Under the pieces are notes generated by a model. It saw only the letters and a list, made by a program, of their open reading frames with translations. It had not been told where the DNA came from and did not search any database. Position numbers and translations under genes: made by a program. From Somniosus microcephalus (lineage: Eukaryota), in NCBI GenBank assembly GCA_052327205.1, contig CM126212.1, positions 185,876,001-185,940,000 of the forward strand: a DNA stretch of 64,000 nucleotides, given 5' to 3'. Every line of letters starts with the position of its first letter. Positions within the stretch are counted from its first letter, which is position 1. Positions 52,661-64,000 of this stretch are shown here, in pieces.

Positions 52661-53369
52661 GCTTTTATTGTGATATTAATTTTATTTTAAATATCATTGC
52701 TGAAATCAGCTAGCCAAGAGTACAGAATTTTCTGGAACTGCTAGTAGGCCAAGGATTACAATTACATTAGCATTTTGGAACATGCAAAACATCATGCCAG
52801 AAATACATCAGAATCTTTAATTTGCAGTTACAAGAATGTAAGAGAAATAATGTCATGTTACTATGTTCTATGATTTGTCCCAATTACATTCTGCAAGTCA
52901 CTAGGTTCTTCTGTCCCTCCACATTTATTTCTGTGATTCTACAAGCTTTTCATAGTTTTTTTTATATACAAGTAATGACCTAGATTATAATTTAAATCAA
53001 TAAAATGCCACATATTAAGCAGGTCCACATTAAAGACATTTTAACTATAGCATCTGATTTTAAAACTTTACAAGAAAACCATAAATTAATTTAAAACTGT
53101 GTTATGGTGAGGAAATAGAAGACGGGTAATTGCAATCTAGAACACAATATGGGAAGTGAGATTAAAAAGAGCTAAATATAATGCACTATCATATGTACAG
53201 CCACTGGCACACACATATAATCCTAATTTACACACGTCAAAATGCTCATCTAATTGGCTAGCTATCCATTCAAAACAGCTCAGGGAGTCTGAAATTGGTA
53301 CAGAACGGTACGTGACAATGTTTTACTTTTCTGCAAAGTAGCCCCATAGCTTCACAGTGGTTTGAGCTT

Positions 53370-54110
53370 TATCCCTGCTGGATTTGTTTTTAAATTTATT
53401 AGCAATGTTGAGCAATGTTGGTAAGGCCCATTTATTGTAGGATAATCCAAGGGCTGCAATGGCACAAGGAGAAAAGTCCTCACCACCTGTTAGGTGGGCA
53501 ATTCCAGGACTTTGACCCGGCAACAAAAAAGGAACAGATGTAAATATCCAAGTCAGGATAGTTTATGACATGGTAGGGAAAGAGCAGGTGATTTCTTAGT
53601 GGGAAAGGTCTATTAGCTAGGAGGAGCTGTCAAAAGTAGCCTTGGTGAGTAGCTGCAGTCGCAGTGCACCAATGGTGGAGGGGGTGGACATAGAGTTCAG
53701 TGGCAGGAGTGTAGGTCAACCAGATTGCTTTGTCCTGGGTAGTGTTGAGCTTCTTCCACCCAGGCGAGTATTCCATTACACTCCAGTCTAGAGCCTTGTA
53801 GATGGTGGCAAGGCTTTGATCACTCGCCACAAAGTACACAGCCTCTGACCTGCTCTTGTGGCCACGTTGTTGATAAGGCTGGTCTGATAAAGCTTCTGGT
53901 CAATAGTGACCCTCTCCCCGGATGTTGATGGTCGAGGGACTCGGAGATAGCAGTGCCACTGAAAGTCGGGGAAATGACCATTACTTGATACTTCTTGTGG
54001 TGCAAATGTTATCTGTCGCTGCTCAGCGTGAGCCATGCTGCTGTTCAGGCCCAGCTCTAGGCTGGCAATGAGCTATTTCATTATCAGAGGAATTGTGAAC
54101 GGAACTGCAA
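53370..54110 (-). mobile_element. Decayed CR1/L2-type LINE fragment
   Basis: LATIYKA...VMEYSP and VTIDQKL remnants in - ORFs; tail motif near 53420. Confidence 0.7.
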
Positions 54111-57100
54111 GTAGCCCTTCTACAGTCCCCACTGAAGCTGGCTGAGGGTGTGCCAGGCCACGAGGTCGCAGCTACTGCTTATAGCCCACAAAGCCTCATA
54201 GAAGCCCTGTTTGTGAGATCTGTCCTTTAGTACTGTGATAGTTCCACACTATATGATGGAGGGCATCTTCACTATGAACACGATTTGCCCACTATACTCA
54301 AAGACCAGTATAACTGGGTAGCGCTGTAATATGGGTGTAAAATGCCTCTGCTCCTTACTTTTTTGCTGAGTGACCAATCTTAATGAAAATCTTTTTCATC
54401 GCAGGGGAGATAAAGAAAAGACATTAGTTTTCTATTGGCGATTGATATTCTGACAAAAAGTCTGTACAAAATCAATTTCATAGAAACATTGATATTGTGG
54501 CACAGGAAGAGCTTTGAATTGGCTTTAAATTGTGGCTATCCAGACAACCAATCCGATTTCCCATCTTCAAAGAACACAGGTGAGTGGTTTAGACCAGGAT
54601 TGCTCCCTGTTCCATAATCCCATCTGCTTTCACCATGTCCGCTCTTTGGCCAACGACTGCATGGACTAACACTTAAAATATAGTCAGATCAGGTCAGGTT
54701 GTTAACCTGAGCCAACAGCACTCCGCCTGGAGAAATTGACTCTAAACTGACTAACATGGAAACCAGGAGACCCGATAAATTTAAATCCTGTAATTCACAG
54801 AATCCACCTAGTTTAATTAGATATAAAAATTGGAGTTTAATTGAAATAAAGTTCCACAATGATCAGTGTGAGAAAGGAAGATAACAATTAATTAAATTGT
54901 CAGAGACCCTTAATAAAGCAGTTTCTGCCTGAAATAAACAGAGCACTTAAGACGCTAGAACCAGCAACTTTGAAATTGATAATGCAAATGGATAATGGTT
55001 AGTGTTTTTTGGACGATATAAGTGACTGCCCGTTTTAAACATTGACACTTTAAATGGTGGGGACTGTTACATAATAAATGGCAAGTCTCAGCATAAACCC
55101 AGGAACAAGGCAACAAACCGGCAAATAAAGGGGCAAACAGATCAATCTTTTTCAGACTATTTAGGGTTAAGTGGCAATTTTGCTGTATTAACTTCCCTTC
55201 CAAGTATTTAACTCCCAACAAATTTAAGTCTTAAGTGCATGAAAAAGCATTTTCCTGAAAAAAAAAATTTAAACCGCCATTTTGGCTGGTGGAAGATCCA
55301 AATATCAGTCTATGAGCAATCAAATCATAGCTAGGGGCAACAAACACAGGCCAAGAGAAACAGAAGAGCACCAAGGGCTGCAGCTTCAAACTAGAATTGA
55401 ATGTGCAAAGAACTGAGCTTTCAAACTTTGTTCCAGCTCTACTTAGATTTACAATCGCAGCTTAAAAGAACATATATTTATAGATCTGGCTAGACTTTAG
55501 CAGTTAATGATTAATGTCACATTAAACTGATCTGCTTATGTGAATGAATGGCCACCATTTACAAAAATGAGAAGGGAGAAGTCAATCTTTTGATTAAGTG
55601 TGCATTAACCATAAAAATAAAATTAATGCTCAAGAAAGCAGACTATATTCAGGGAAATTTCAGACTCCGAGCTGACTAGTTGTGTTCTTGGCATATGCAT
55701 TATGCATGCTAAAGTTGCAATTAAATCACTGCGCAAGTATTAGTAGTAGGCTCATTACTATATTAATGCGACCCATTAAAACACTAACAATTAAAAAAAA
55801 ACACCAATACTGCTCAGCATTTCACCTTATCCTCTCTTCCACCAATCTGTTCTATTTTACTTTAAATTGTAACTACTGCATAATCTAAATTATTTTATAA
55901 GCACCCCCCAAAATAGGTGTTGTTTAGCTGTTCTCTTGCTTCAAAGTTCAAAAAACCTTTGGTTTTCATTTGCTGGAAATTGGGTTTAAATTGTGGCTAT
56001 CCAGACTTGCATGATTGACATGATCAATTTTGCCTATTTTTCAAACATTAAAACCAGGAAGAGCTTTAGAAGTAAACTGATCAGTGACCCTGCAATCCAA
56101 AATGTTAAAGCATTTCCAAAGCTATATAGCATTGCAGACAGCAGAATGGAGAGATGAGGACATCTAGTTCTAAAGAAACACATTAAAACTACGTCAGGAT
56201 CGTACATTAAGATTTTTATGAAGTTCATTTTCATGATCACAAAATGTCTAGTCCCCTGATGAATGCACTTTCATTCTATTTAATTTTAAATATCTTCAGA
56301 ACACCGATTTACCACAATATGGATAGCCTTCACTTGGTCCCTTACTGTCTTCCCCTTGCACGCCAATCTCGGTTCACTTAATGTCACTTCATCTTTTATT
56401 GCCTTGCACTCAGTTTATCACTTCTTTCTTGTGTTTATCACCCCATGGCTTTATTCTAATCTTTATCTGATCTTGCTTTGCCTTAATCCTTCTGGTCTTC
56501 ATCTGTATTAAAACTTATTTTCCAATGACAGAAAGTACTTTGCATACAAAAGATAGGTGGTTCCCCAAATAGGAGGGTGCAACACAACACCACACACTTG
56601 TTGTACCTGACTTGCTACACTGTTTACTTACATCCACTTTGTGAAAATACAAAAGGAAAATACAGACCTTCTGTAACACAAGTTAGTGAAAAATTCACAA
56701 AAATATCCCCGTTACCTTTTCAACATACTGTTTCAATACAAAGTGTTTAAAAGAAACAAAGTGGATCTTCCCAAAGAAACCACAACAATTAAAGCAAGAT
56801 ATTTAACAGAAGCTTGCAATGAACGAGCGATACGCTTTACACCAACGTGAGAGTACAGTGTACAGCAGAATGGGCCGAGCAAAACAAAAAGCACCAATTT
56901 AAAATTAAAGCAATTTTTGGGTCAAAGTAACTGCTGCATACTCAACCAATTGCAGCATACCCACTTCTAATAAGCATCTAATGTTTTCTCCTGCATGGTG
57001 ATACGGATGCAATTGGGTCAAAGATCAGGGGCCTGATCACAAATATCATGGAGGGGCACCTTGATGAGGCTCTCTACATGAACTTCTTCAATCAACAGTT

Positions 57101-57269
57101 GACAAGTGTGTATTTTTGTCCATATTAGGTTATCGATTTTATGCTTTACTTCTGGTTATAGCTCAAGAGGCTGAAAAACCTAGGTTTACACAAATGACTA
57201 GCCCTTTTGAAAACACATTCAACTTGATGGGTATTCATTCATTTGTTTAAAAAGATATACATTTGTTCT

Positions 57270-57460
57270 CAAAATGCAGGCAAGCTGGCTAAGCACATTT
57301 ATTGCCTATTTTTGAGCGGCAGCATCCATGGTAATTTTTCCTGCTGCTAGCCTACTAATTACCAGATTTATTGAATGCAGTTTCACAACTTGCCATGGTG
57401 TGATCTGAATGCATGACCTCTGGGTGGCTATCCAGTACCAGAACTACTACACTATCATAT
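57270..57460 (-). mobile_element. Deleted tRNA-type SINE with a GGCAATAAATG tail
   Basis: Head AGTGTAGTAG..CCAGAGG..TTCAGATC..CCATGGCA on -; tail shared with 60275-60365. Confidence 0.55.
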
Positions 57461-59371
57461 CCAACAAAGTGCACCTGGCTGTAAGTTTAGATGAGGAAGC
57501 GCAGTAGTTCATGAGGACACCAAATGCAAGGGGAACCCTCATTCCCCTCCGCAAAACTTCATTTGCTCCCACTTCAAATACAGCAGCAAACAATACGGAT
57601 GCAAAGCCTTGCAAAAACAAAAAGCACCAATTTAAAATTAAAGCAATTTTTGGGTCAAAGTAACACAGCTTTATCTACAAATAGCTCCCCCCACAGCAAC
57701 AGAGACTCATTTTGCAAGAAGAGAAATGCTGCTAAATATCAATACTTGCTGGAAAAAACACAACTTTAGCTACAGAAACAGAGCTTTAAAAAAATCCAAC
57801 TTCAGTAGGCCAGGGTAGTGAGTTAGTCATGTATCGGTTTTAAGCGGACAAGGCGAGTCAGGAGTGTGATGACAGCTTGAAAAACATACAAATCAGCATG
57901 GGACCTGATGGAATAAAATTAGCAAATTACATGGAGACTGGTACTGCCTACAAGTTTAACCTCCCTTTGCCCACTATGTTCCTTTGCCATAAAACATGCC
58001 TTATTTAATGACCCCTCTTGCCCCAGCAAGGCTCCATTGATTGCATGAAGGTTCAGAAAATTAGAGCTCTGGTTGTAAGAGAACTGGCCATTCACCAAAA
58101 CACAAAATAGAACCCGTTCACAGCAAAACATTTCCAAAACCAGGAACCAAACAAAAACTCTCTCCACCACAAATGGAACAGGTTTTGGCAGCAGTATAAT
58201 CAGTAAGCCACAATTTCAGAAATTCCGAGTCACCTTAACATAGTAGAAAGTGATTCAAACCTGTTCAATTTTCCGCCATTATTCATGGCATCACTCCATA
58301 AAACCATTGCTACCATTCCTGAAAAGGTGTTGCCCTGCAATATTGAAACTTTCCTGACTACGACTCAGTGAAAATAGTACCTTGGATGAGCAAGTATAAA
58401 ATGTTACAGCTGTAACCTTAAACTAATTGCAGATTTCACAACAGTGATTGGTGTGGCAATTCATTTCCTCACCAAGGAATGCTGCCAGAGCACAGACTTG
58501 CATTCTCAGAAAGCCTCCGCTTGTTTAGATTCCGCTCCCCTTCCCCCCTCCCCCTGCAAGTGGAAATACGCAAGTCATTTTTGGGGGGGAATAAGAGAGT
58601 TTTGATTATATCCTTTAAAAATGTTCACAGTACATGCCGGAAACAGCAGCAAATCAGTGTCATTCTTGCATTACTGGCAGTGAGAGAGTCTACCACCTTT
58701 TTCTTTGCTAACAGATTGGGGGGGAGGGGGGGCAGACGCATGGAAATTACTGGTTCTGTAGCTTTAAAACACAACCCAATGGAGCCTTACTAGACAGATT
58801 TTAAGCACTTTTATCTTGCCGAGTTTTCAATTTGGTTTTGGGACAGCAACATTATACCAACCTCCTTGCAATATGCTCCCCGCTGTATTATTCACCAGGC
58901 ACCAGTCTTTGAAGGACTGTAAGAGGACAACAGGGAATACAGACACCCATTTTCTGTGTTGTGCAGTGCAATGGCATTATTATGGGTCTTTGATTTCGCC
59001 GCGTTTTAATTGGACATTTGATACTACGGTCAAAAATCATAACCATCTCTGGATGTTCAGTAAATCAGGAGTAGAACCAGTAAATCTAGCAGCAGCTTAC
59101 AAATCCCACAACAAATGAGTCTCCACTGCGGTTGGAACATAGGTCAGATTTTTGGGATTTACAAATCCATGCAAACAGCAGGAGAATTGCATCTTTGACA
59201 TTAGGAGTTATGAAACATTAAATGAACCCAAGAACCAATCTAGGAGTCAATACAAGAGCATACAGACACATTCTTTGAATCCTTTCTCCCCTTTTTACAG
59301 GTCAAGGCAAAATGAATTGCAAGTCCCTTCATTTCGAAAGTGCAATACAATGCCCATTGGTCGTGAATTCT

Positions 59372-59790
59372 GAGTTCAGCTTGGGTCAGTGCTTGCAATC
59401 ACACATCTGAGTCATAAGATTGTGGGAGAGGCTCCACTTTGGGATTTCAGTTCCAGCCCCGAGAAATTCTGCATTTTTTTTTTTATAAAAAGGGTTGTCT
59501 TTTCGTGGAGAAGTTAAGCTGAGACTCTGACTGCCTATTGAGGTGGACATGAAAGATTCACAACACTAACTGAAGGAGTGTTCTTCTGGTATGCTAACCA
59601 ACGTTCATCCCCTCATCCAACATCATCAATACAGATTAACTGGGAATTTAGCTCATGCTTGTTTGCGAGACCTTGTGGTGTGCAAATTGGCAGCCAGATT
59701 GATCGACAATACAAGAGCAATTCAGCGGTTGTGAAATGCTTGGATTGTCCTGAAGCGAAGATTGGTGGTAAATTAAGTTAAATACAAGTT
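59372..59790 (+). mobile_element. Deu-domain SINE, decayed
   Basis: Colinear with 40741-41200. Confidence 0.65.
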
Positions 59791-59814
59791 TGTTCTTTTC
59801 ATCTACCGACTCAC

Positions 59815-60210
59815 TCAAAATGGAGCTGGTAATGAGACAGAGATGTGTGTAGTGCTCGAAGGACCACCATCCTGAGGCCCAGTGTTTTCCAGTGCACAAA
59901 ATAAGTTGATCACCTGATAATATATGTGGGCAAGGGGCGCGAGAGCTCCATCAATCTCAGTCTTGACATTTTCAATTGACCGAGCCTCTACAGTCTTTTT
60001 TTTGGGGGGGGGGGGGGGGGGGGAGGGGGGGGGGGTTCCAGATTCCAACTGCCATGTGTCAAGAAGTGCTTCCTGACCGCACCCCTGAACAGTCTAGCTC
60101 TAATTTTAAGGTTATGCCCCCTTTTCTGGACTCCCTACCAGAGGAAATAAATAGTTTTTTCTCTATCTACCCTATCAAATCCTCTAATCATGTTAAACAC
60201 CTCAATTAGA
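59815..60210 (-). mobile_element. Decayed CR1 3' fragment with an internal poly-G run (60004-60036)
   Basis: DLIEVFNMIRGFDRVDREK remnant. Confidence 0.75.
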
Positions 60211-60935
60211 TCGAGAGCGAGCACGTGTGCGAGCGAAAAAAAGAGGGAGGAAGGAAAAAAAGAGCAGAGCACCTCACTCAGTTGTATCAAACTCAGGACG
60301 ACTAGGGATTGGCAATAAATGCCAGTCTGTCCAGCCACACCCACATCCCGAGAATGAAATAAAACAAACACGAAAGCAGCACTAGTGCACCCATGCTCAC
60401 GAGGGAACAAGCACGAGAAAATAAGAGCGTGCGCATGAGCAAGCCCAGAGGTCCTGACTCCCGAGGTAGTGGGAGGTTTTGACCCACTGATTCTTCAAAG
60501 TTACCAGCCCGATGGAAATGTCTGTCCTTCAGTGTAGAAACCAGAGAGGTCCAAATGCCCTTTCAGTTAGCCTCCTGCTGGGCACATTGAATGAACAGAC
60601 CCCTAGCCGTTTTATGTGTTGCAAAAAAAACTCGGCCAGTGTCCAGAAATACTTAAAATTATATCCAATGGTCTTCATTGTTTACTAATGAATGTTCCCA
60701 ATTACTATAGAAACGGTCTGGATTCCAAGTTTGCTAGTTTTAATGTTAAAGCAAAATGTTGGCTTTAATATTACGAGGCATTATAAGCTAACAAAATTCC
60801 ATATAGACAAAACCTAAAATGTACAGCAGGATGCATCTTGATGAGGAATGCGCTCACCTCTGACTAAAACAGATTGATCACATCAAGAACTGATTAAAGA
60901 ACTCCATTCCCCAGTTTGACCACGAACATTTCGTC

Positions 60936-61357
60936 TTACATTTATCTACCTTGCATTGTTAAAATCCCCTGTTTTACAACTCTATTAGTACTGTAGTGAC
61001 GTGCATACACAACACCTCCAACCATGTTACACACAGCAAGATTCCACACAGCAAAACTAACAAACCGCAACAAGATGAAATGACTAGATATGGTGATGTT
61101 GTCCAGGACACTGGTAGAGCTCTCTACTCCTCTGACAAGTTCCATGGAACCCGTAACATCTACCTGCACCACCAGAATAGATGGATAAGGTGTTAACATG
61201 TCTCACCTGAAAGACAGCATCTCTGACAATACAGCACTCCCTCAGTATTATACTGGAGCGTCTGCCTAGATAATGTGCGGACTTCCTGGAGTAGGACTTG
61301 AATGCATAATCTTGTTGCTCAGAGGCAAGAGCACTATCAACTGAGCCAAGATGACAC
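60936..61357 (-). mobile_element. Deu-domain SINE (SacSINE1-like)
   Basis: TGGCTCAGTTG A box; GAGGGAGTGCTG..GCTGTCTTTCAGGTGAGACATGTTAA core on -. Confidence 0.75.
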
Positions 61358-62949
61358 TTGCTTTTTAACAACATCCCGCGTAATACTGGGCCGTTCTGAA
61401 AGAAACAAGTATCCAGAGCAAGTTTTGCGAAGTTAAAATCGTAGGTTCTTTCAAGTTCCTCACAAGGATTTATTTCAATGCATTACTTTGTAATTAACAA
61501 GACAGCACTAATAACACTAACAGCTCAACTACAGAACTGCAGTCAGGAGCTGGGGGCAGGAAAAAACAAATATGGTCACAAAGACTTGCCTTAAACATCC
61601 TTGCTTTTGTAAAGACCTTGATTGTTTCAGCAATGCACACATGGATACAGTACAATATTTGATGAAGATTATAAGAACACAATTGTTGGCCCTCACAGTA
61701 TGTAATCTTTGTTTAAATTTACACATTCGCATTGCTAAAGCAATTTCCAAAGAACAAAGAAACGAATAAAAACAAAGTGCACAATAACTGGACAGCTCAC
61801 ATTAGAAGGGAAGTGAACAGCTTGTAAACAAACCTTCCTGTGTGTTCATAGTATTTCCTGTGTCATGAAGACAGTTTCCACCACCTTAAAAGGGCTCTTA
61901 AAAAGAGATCAAATATCTAAAATCCCACTCGGTAGAATATCACCGATATAAATAATTGCGTAATTTGCTCGATTCTACACTGGTAGAGAGTTTGCAGCAC
62001 GGAGAGCGAGAGGTTTATCCAGTGCAAACCTCAGCACTCCGGCACAGTTCACTCTCAGCTTTGCTCCATTCACTTTTGCCAAAAGTACTCAAATAACATT
62101 TCAGAGTGGCTTATATGCAAGGTTGGTCACAGCAGTTAATCCCTCATTTTGAGATGATCTACTTTGATTCACTTACTCCACTTAGGTTGTTAAGAGGAAC
62201 TTCAACAACATTCAGCTGCAGATTAGTCTCGGTAACAGATAATAGAACACGGCTACTTTAGCTTCGTGCAGTGACAGTAACGTAGCCTACACTAACCTTC
62301 TGCAAACTCCATGCAGATCTGGGCGTTCTGCCAAACTCCTTTCATTGAAAGCTACACAAGAAACTGCAACTGCAGCCTACGGCCCAGCGTAAAAGAGCAG
62401 AGGCCGATCAGAGGAGCCGCTTTATTAATTTCTATTTGCTTCTACTTTGATACTGAACTGGCGTGGAGGCCTCACATCATAACGTGCTTGCCCATGAACC
62501 GACAGGCATCATGGTTGGGATTATGTAACACTTGTTAACAGTAATATGCTCGAGACACAAAGGCCCTGGAAGATAGATACAAAACAGAGGTATCCAATGT
62601 TCTCTTATATGGTCATACCACAAGCCCCGGTTGGAGGAATTGCTCCCTACTGCAGTAACTTGTTAAACTGTTAAGATTCATCATCTAACTTCAAAATACT
62701 AATATTACCTTTTCTCAACAGTAAAATCAAATATTTTGTGAATTGCTAGACTCCCGACACTCATGGTCTCCCTCATTTCTGCACCCGTGAGGAAACTATC
62801 ACTAGTTACAACACAGAACAAAGTGGCAGGAAACCGAATAAATCCATGTAAGCATGCCAGATTCCGGAAAAATAAGATTGAACAGATGGGAGGGCTCTCG
62901 AGCACCATTTTCTAAAAAAAAATTCAACAGTAAAAACCAAATAGAACTA

Positions 62950-63025
62950 GCTTGAAATGTTAAATTGCCTGTTCTCTCCACAGATGCTGCCTGATGAGTG
63001 TTTCCAGTATTTTCTGTTTGTTTTA
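62950..63025 (+). mobile_element. Penelope pLTR fragment
   Basis: GAAATGTTAA...CTCTCCACAGATGCTGCCTGA...TTTCCAGTATTTTCTG. Confidence 0.7.
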
Positions 63026-63261
63026 GAATCAACATCCTTTTGTTCTCTTCAGTCAATTTCTATTAATTAACAAAAGATAAACTGATGCCAGCAATAGAAA
63101 TTATTACTCCTCTCCTCCCCCCCTTGCCACAATAATGCAAGGGAACTGAATTATCACTGACTAGATTAACGTACCCTGGGTGAATGACAATCAATATTAA
63201 TTCAGTTGCTGCATGCTTTTCAGTTTAGCAAGTCTTTCAAACGAATTCCTGATCACATCAA

Positions 63262-64000
63262 CAGCAGCAACTTGCATTTATATAGTGCCTTTAAAGTAGA
63301 AAAACATCCCCAGGCACTTCACAGAAGCGGAATCAGACAAAAGTTGATGCCAAGTCAAAGGCGGCTATATTAGGAGGGCTGACTAAAAGCTTTGCGGAAC
63401 ACCTCCGTTCAGTCCGTAAGGGTGACCCCGAGCTTCCGGTCGCCTGTCATTTCAATTCACCGCTCCATTCCCACTCGGACCTCACCATCCTTGGCCTCTT
63501 GTACTGTTCCACGGAAGCTCAACGTAAACTCGAGGAACAGCACCTCATCTTCCGATTAGGCACTCTGCAGCCTTCCGGTCTCAATATCGAGTTCAACAAT
63601 TTCAGATCATAACCTCGGCCCCTATTTCATTTTCACTTATATTTTTCCACTCCTTTCCTTTCCCCCCCCCCCCTTTCCTTTTGTTTCTCTCTCACACCTG
63701 GCAGCTATCTTTTGCCCTGCCAGTACACTTTACACCTAATCACAGCCTATTACCATCTCGTCTAGCTTCTAATCTCTTTTACTTCTTTTGGTTCTTTTAT
63801 TCTTTTGTCCGATCGCAGCCCTGCCTTCGATCTAGTTCCTTTTCTCTCCAGTTTTGAAGAAGGGTCAAACCCGTAACGTCAACTCAAATTTCTCTCCACG
63901 GATGTTGCCTGACTTGCTGAGTTTTTCCAGCATTTTCTGTTGTTATTTCTGACTAAAAGCTTGGTCAAGGAGGTGGGTTTTACTAAAGGTGTTCAAGAAG
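63262..64000 (-). mobile_element. L2-clade-like LINE 3' end interrupted by a Penelope element
   Basis: Homologous to 19609-19760 on both sides of the insert. Confidence 0.75.
63393..63948 (+). mobile_element. Penelope-like element, 5'-truncated, with a 14-bp target duplication
   Basis: AEHLRSVRK...RKLEEQHLIFRLGTLQPSGLNIEFNNFRS remnant; CTGACTAAAAGCTT at 63379-63392 and 63949-63962. Confidence 0.92.

Noticed and set aside
50200-62600. Many 60-105 aa ORFs in the ORF track
   Set aside because: Mostly non-ATG starts, no domains or coherent exon chain; intronic noise or TE remnants
50038-64000. ATXN7 polyQ or N-terminal zinc-finger exons
   Set aside because: No CAG tract or matching exon found by eye; probably beyond the window, though a short exon could have been missed

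Overview
Vertebrate genomic DNA, most likely a cartilaginous fish (shark), judged from the CR1, Penelope and Deu-SINE repeat content. It holds the complete 8-exon PSMD6 (Rpn7) gene on + (CDS 1984-28834, 389 aa, all GT-AG). It also holds the last 8 coding exons and ~3.3 kb 3'UTR of ATXN7 on -, arranged tail-to-tail as in human. PSMD6 introns and flanks are packed with nested mobile elements: a 3' LTR, many decayed CR1 LINEs, L2-like fragments, Penelope-like GIY-YIG elements with hammerhead-type motifs, several SINE families and TIR MITEs. I cannot establish a wholly new biological system. The best leads are: (1) a ~300-330 bp TA-inserting MITE family with shared ends but different internal cargo; (2) a candidate internal promoter and in-frame alternative first exon for an N-terminally truncated ataxin-7; (3) a junction-created RT-only ORF divergent from the PSMD6 promoter; (4) an LF-SINE-like element in a probable shark; (5) several short templated-insertion patchworks. 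Homology calls rest on recalled family knowledge, not on database searches; repeat boundaries are approximate unless a TSD or TIR is given.
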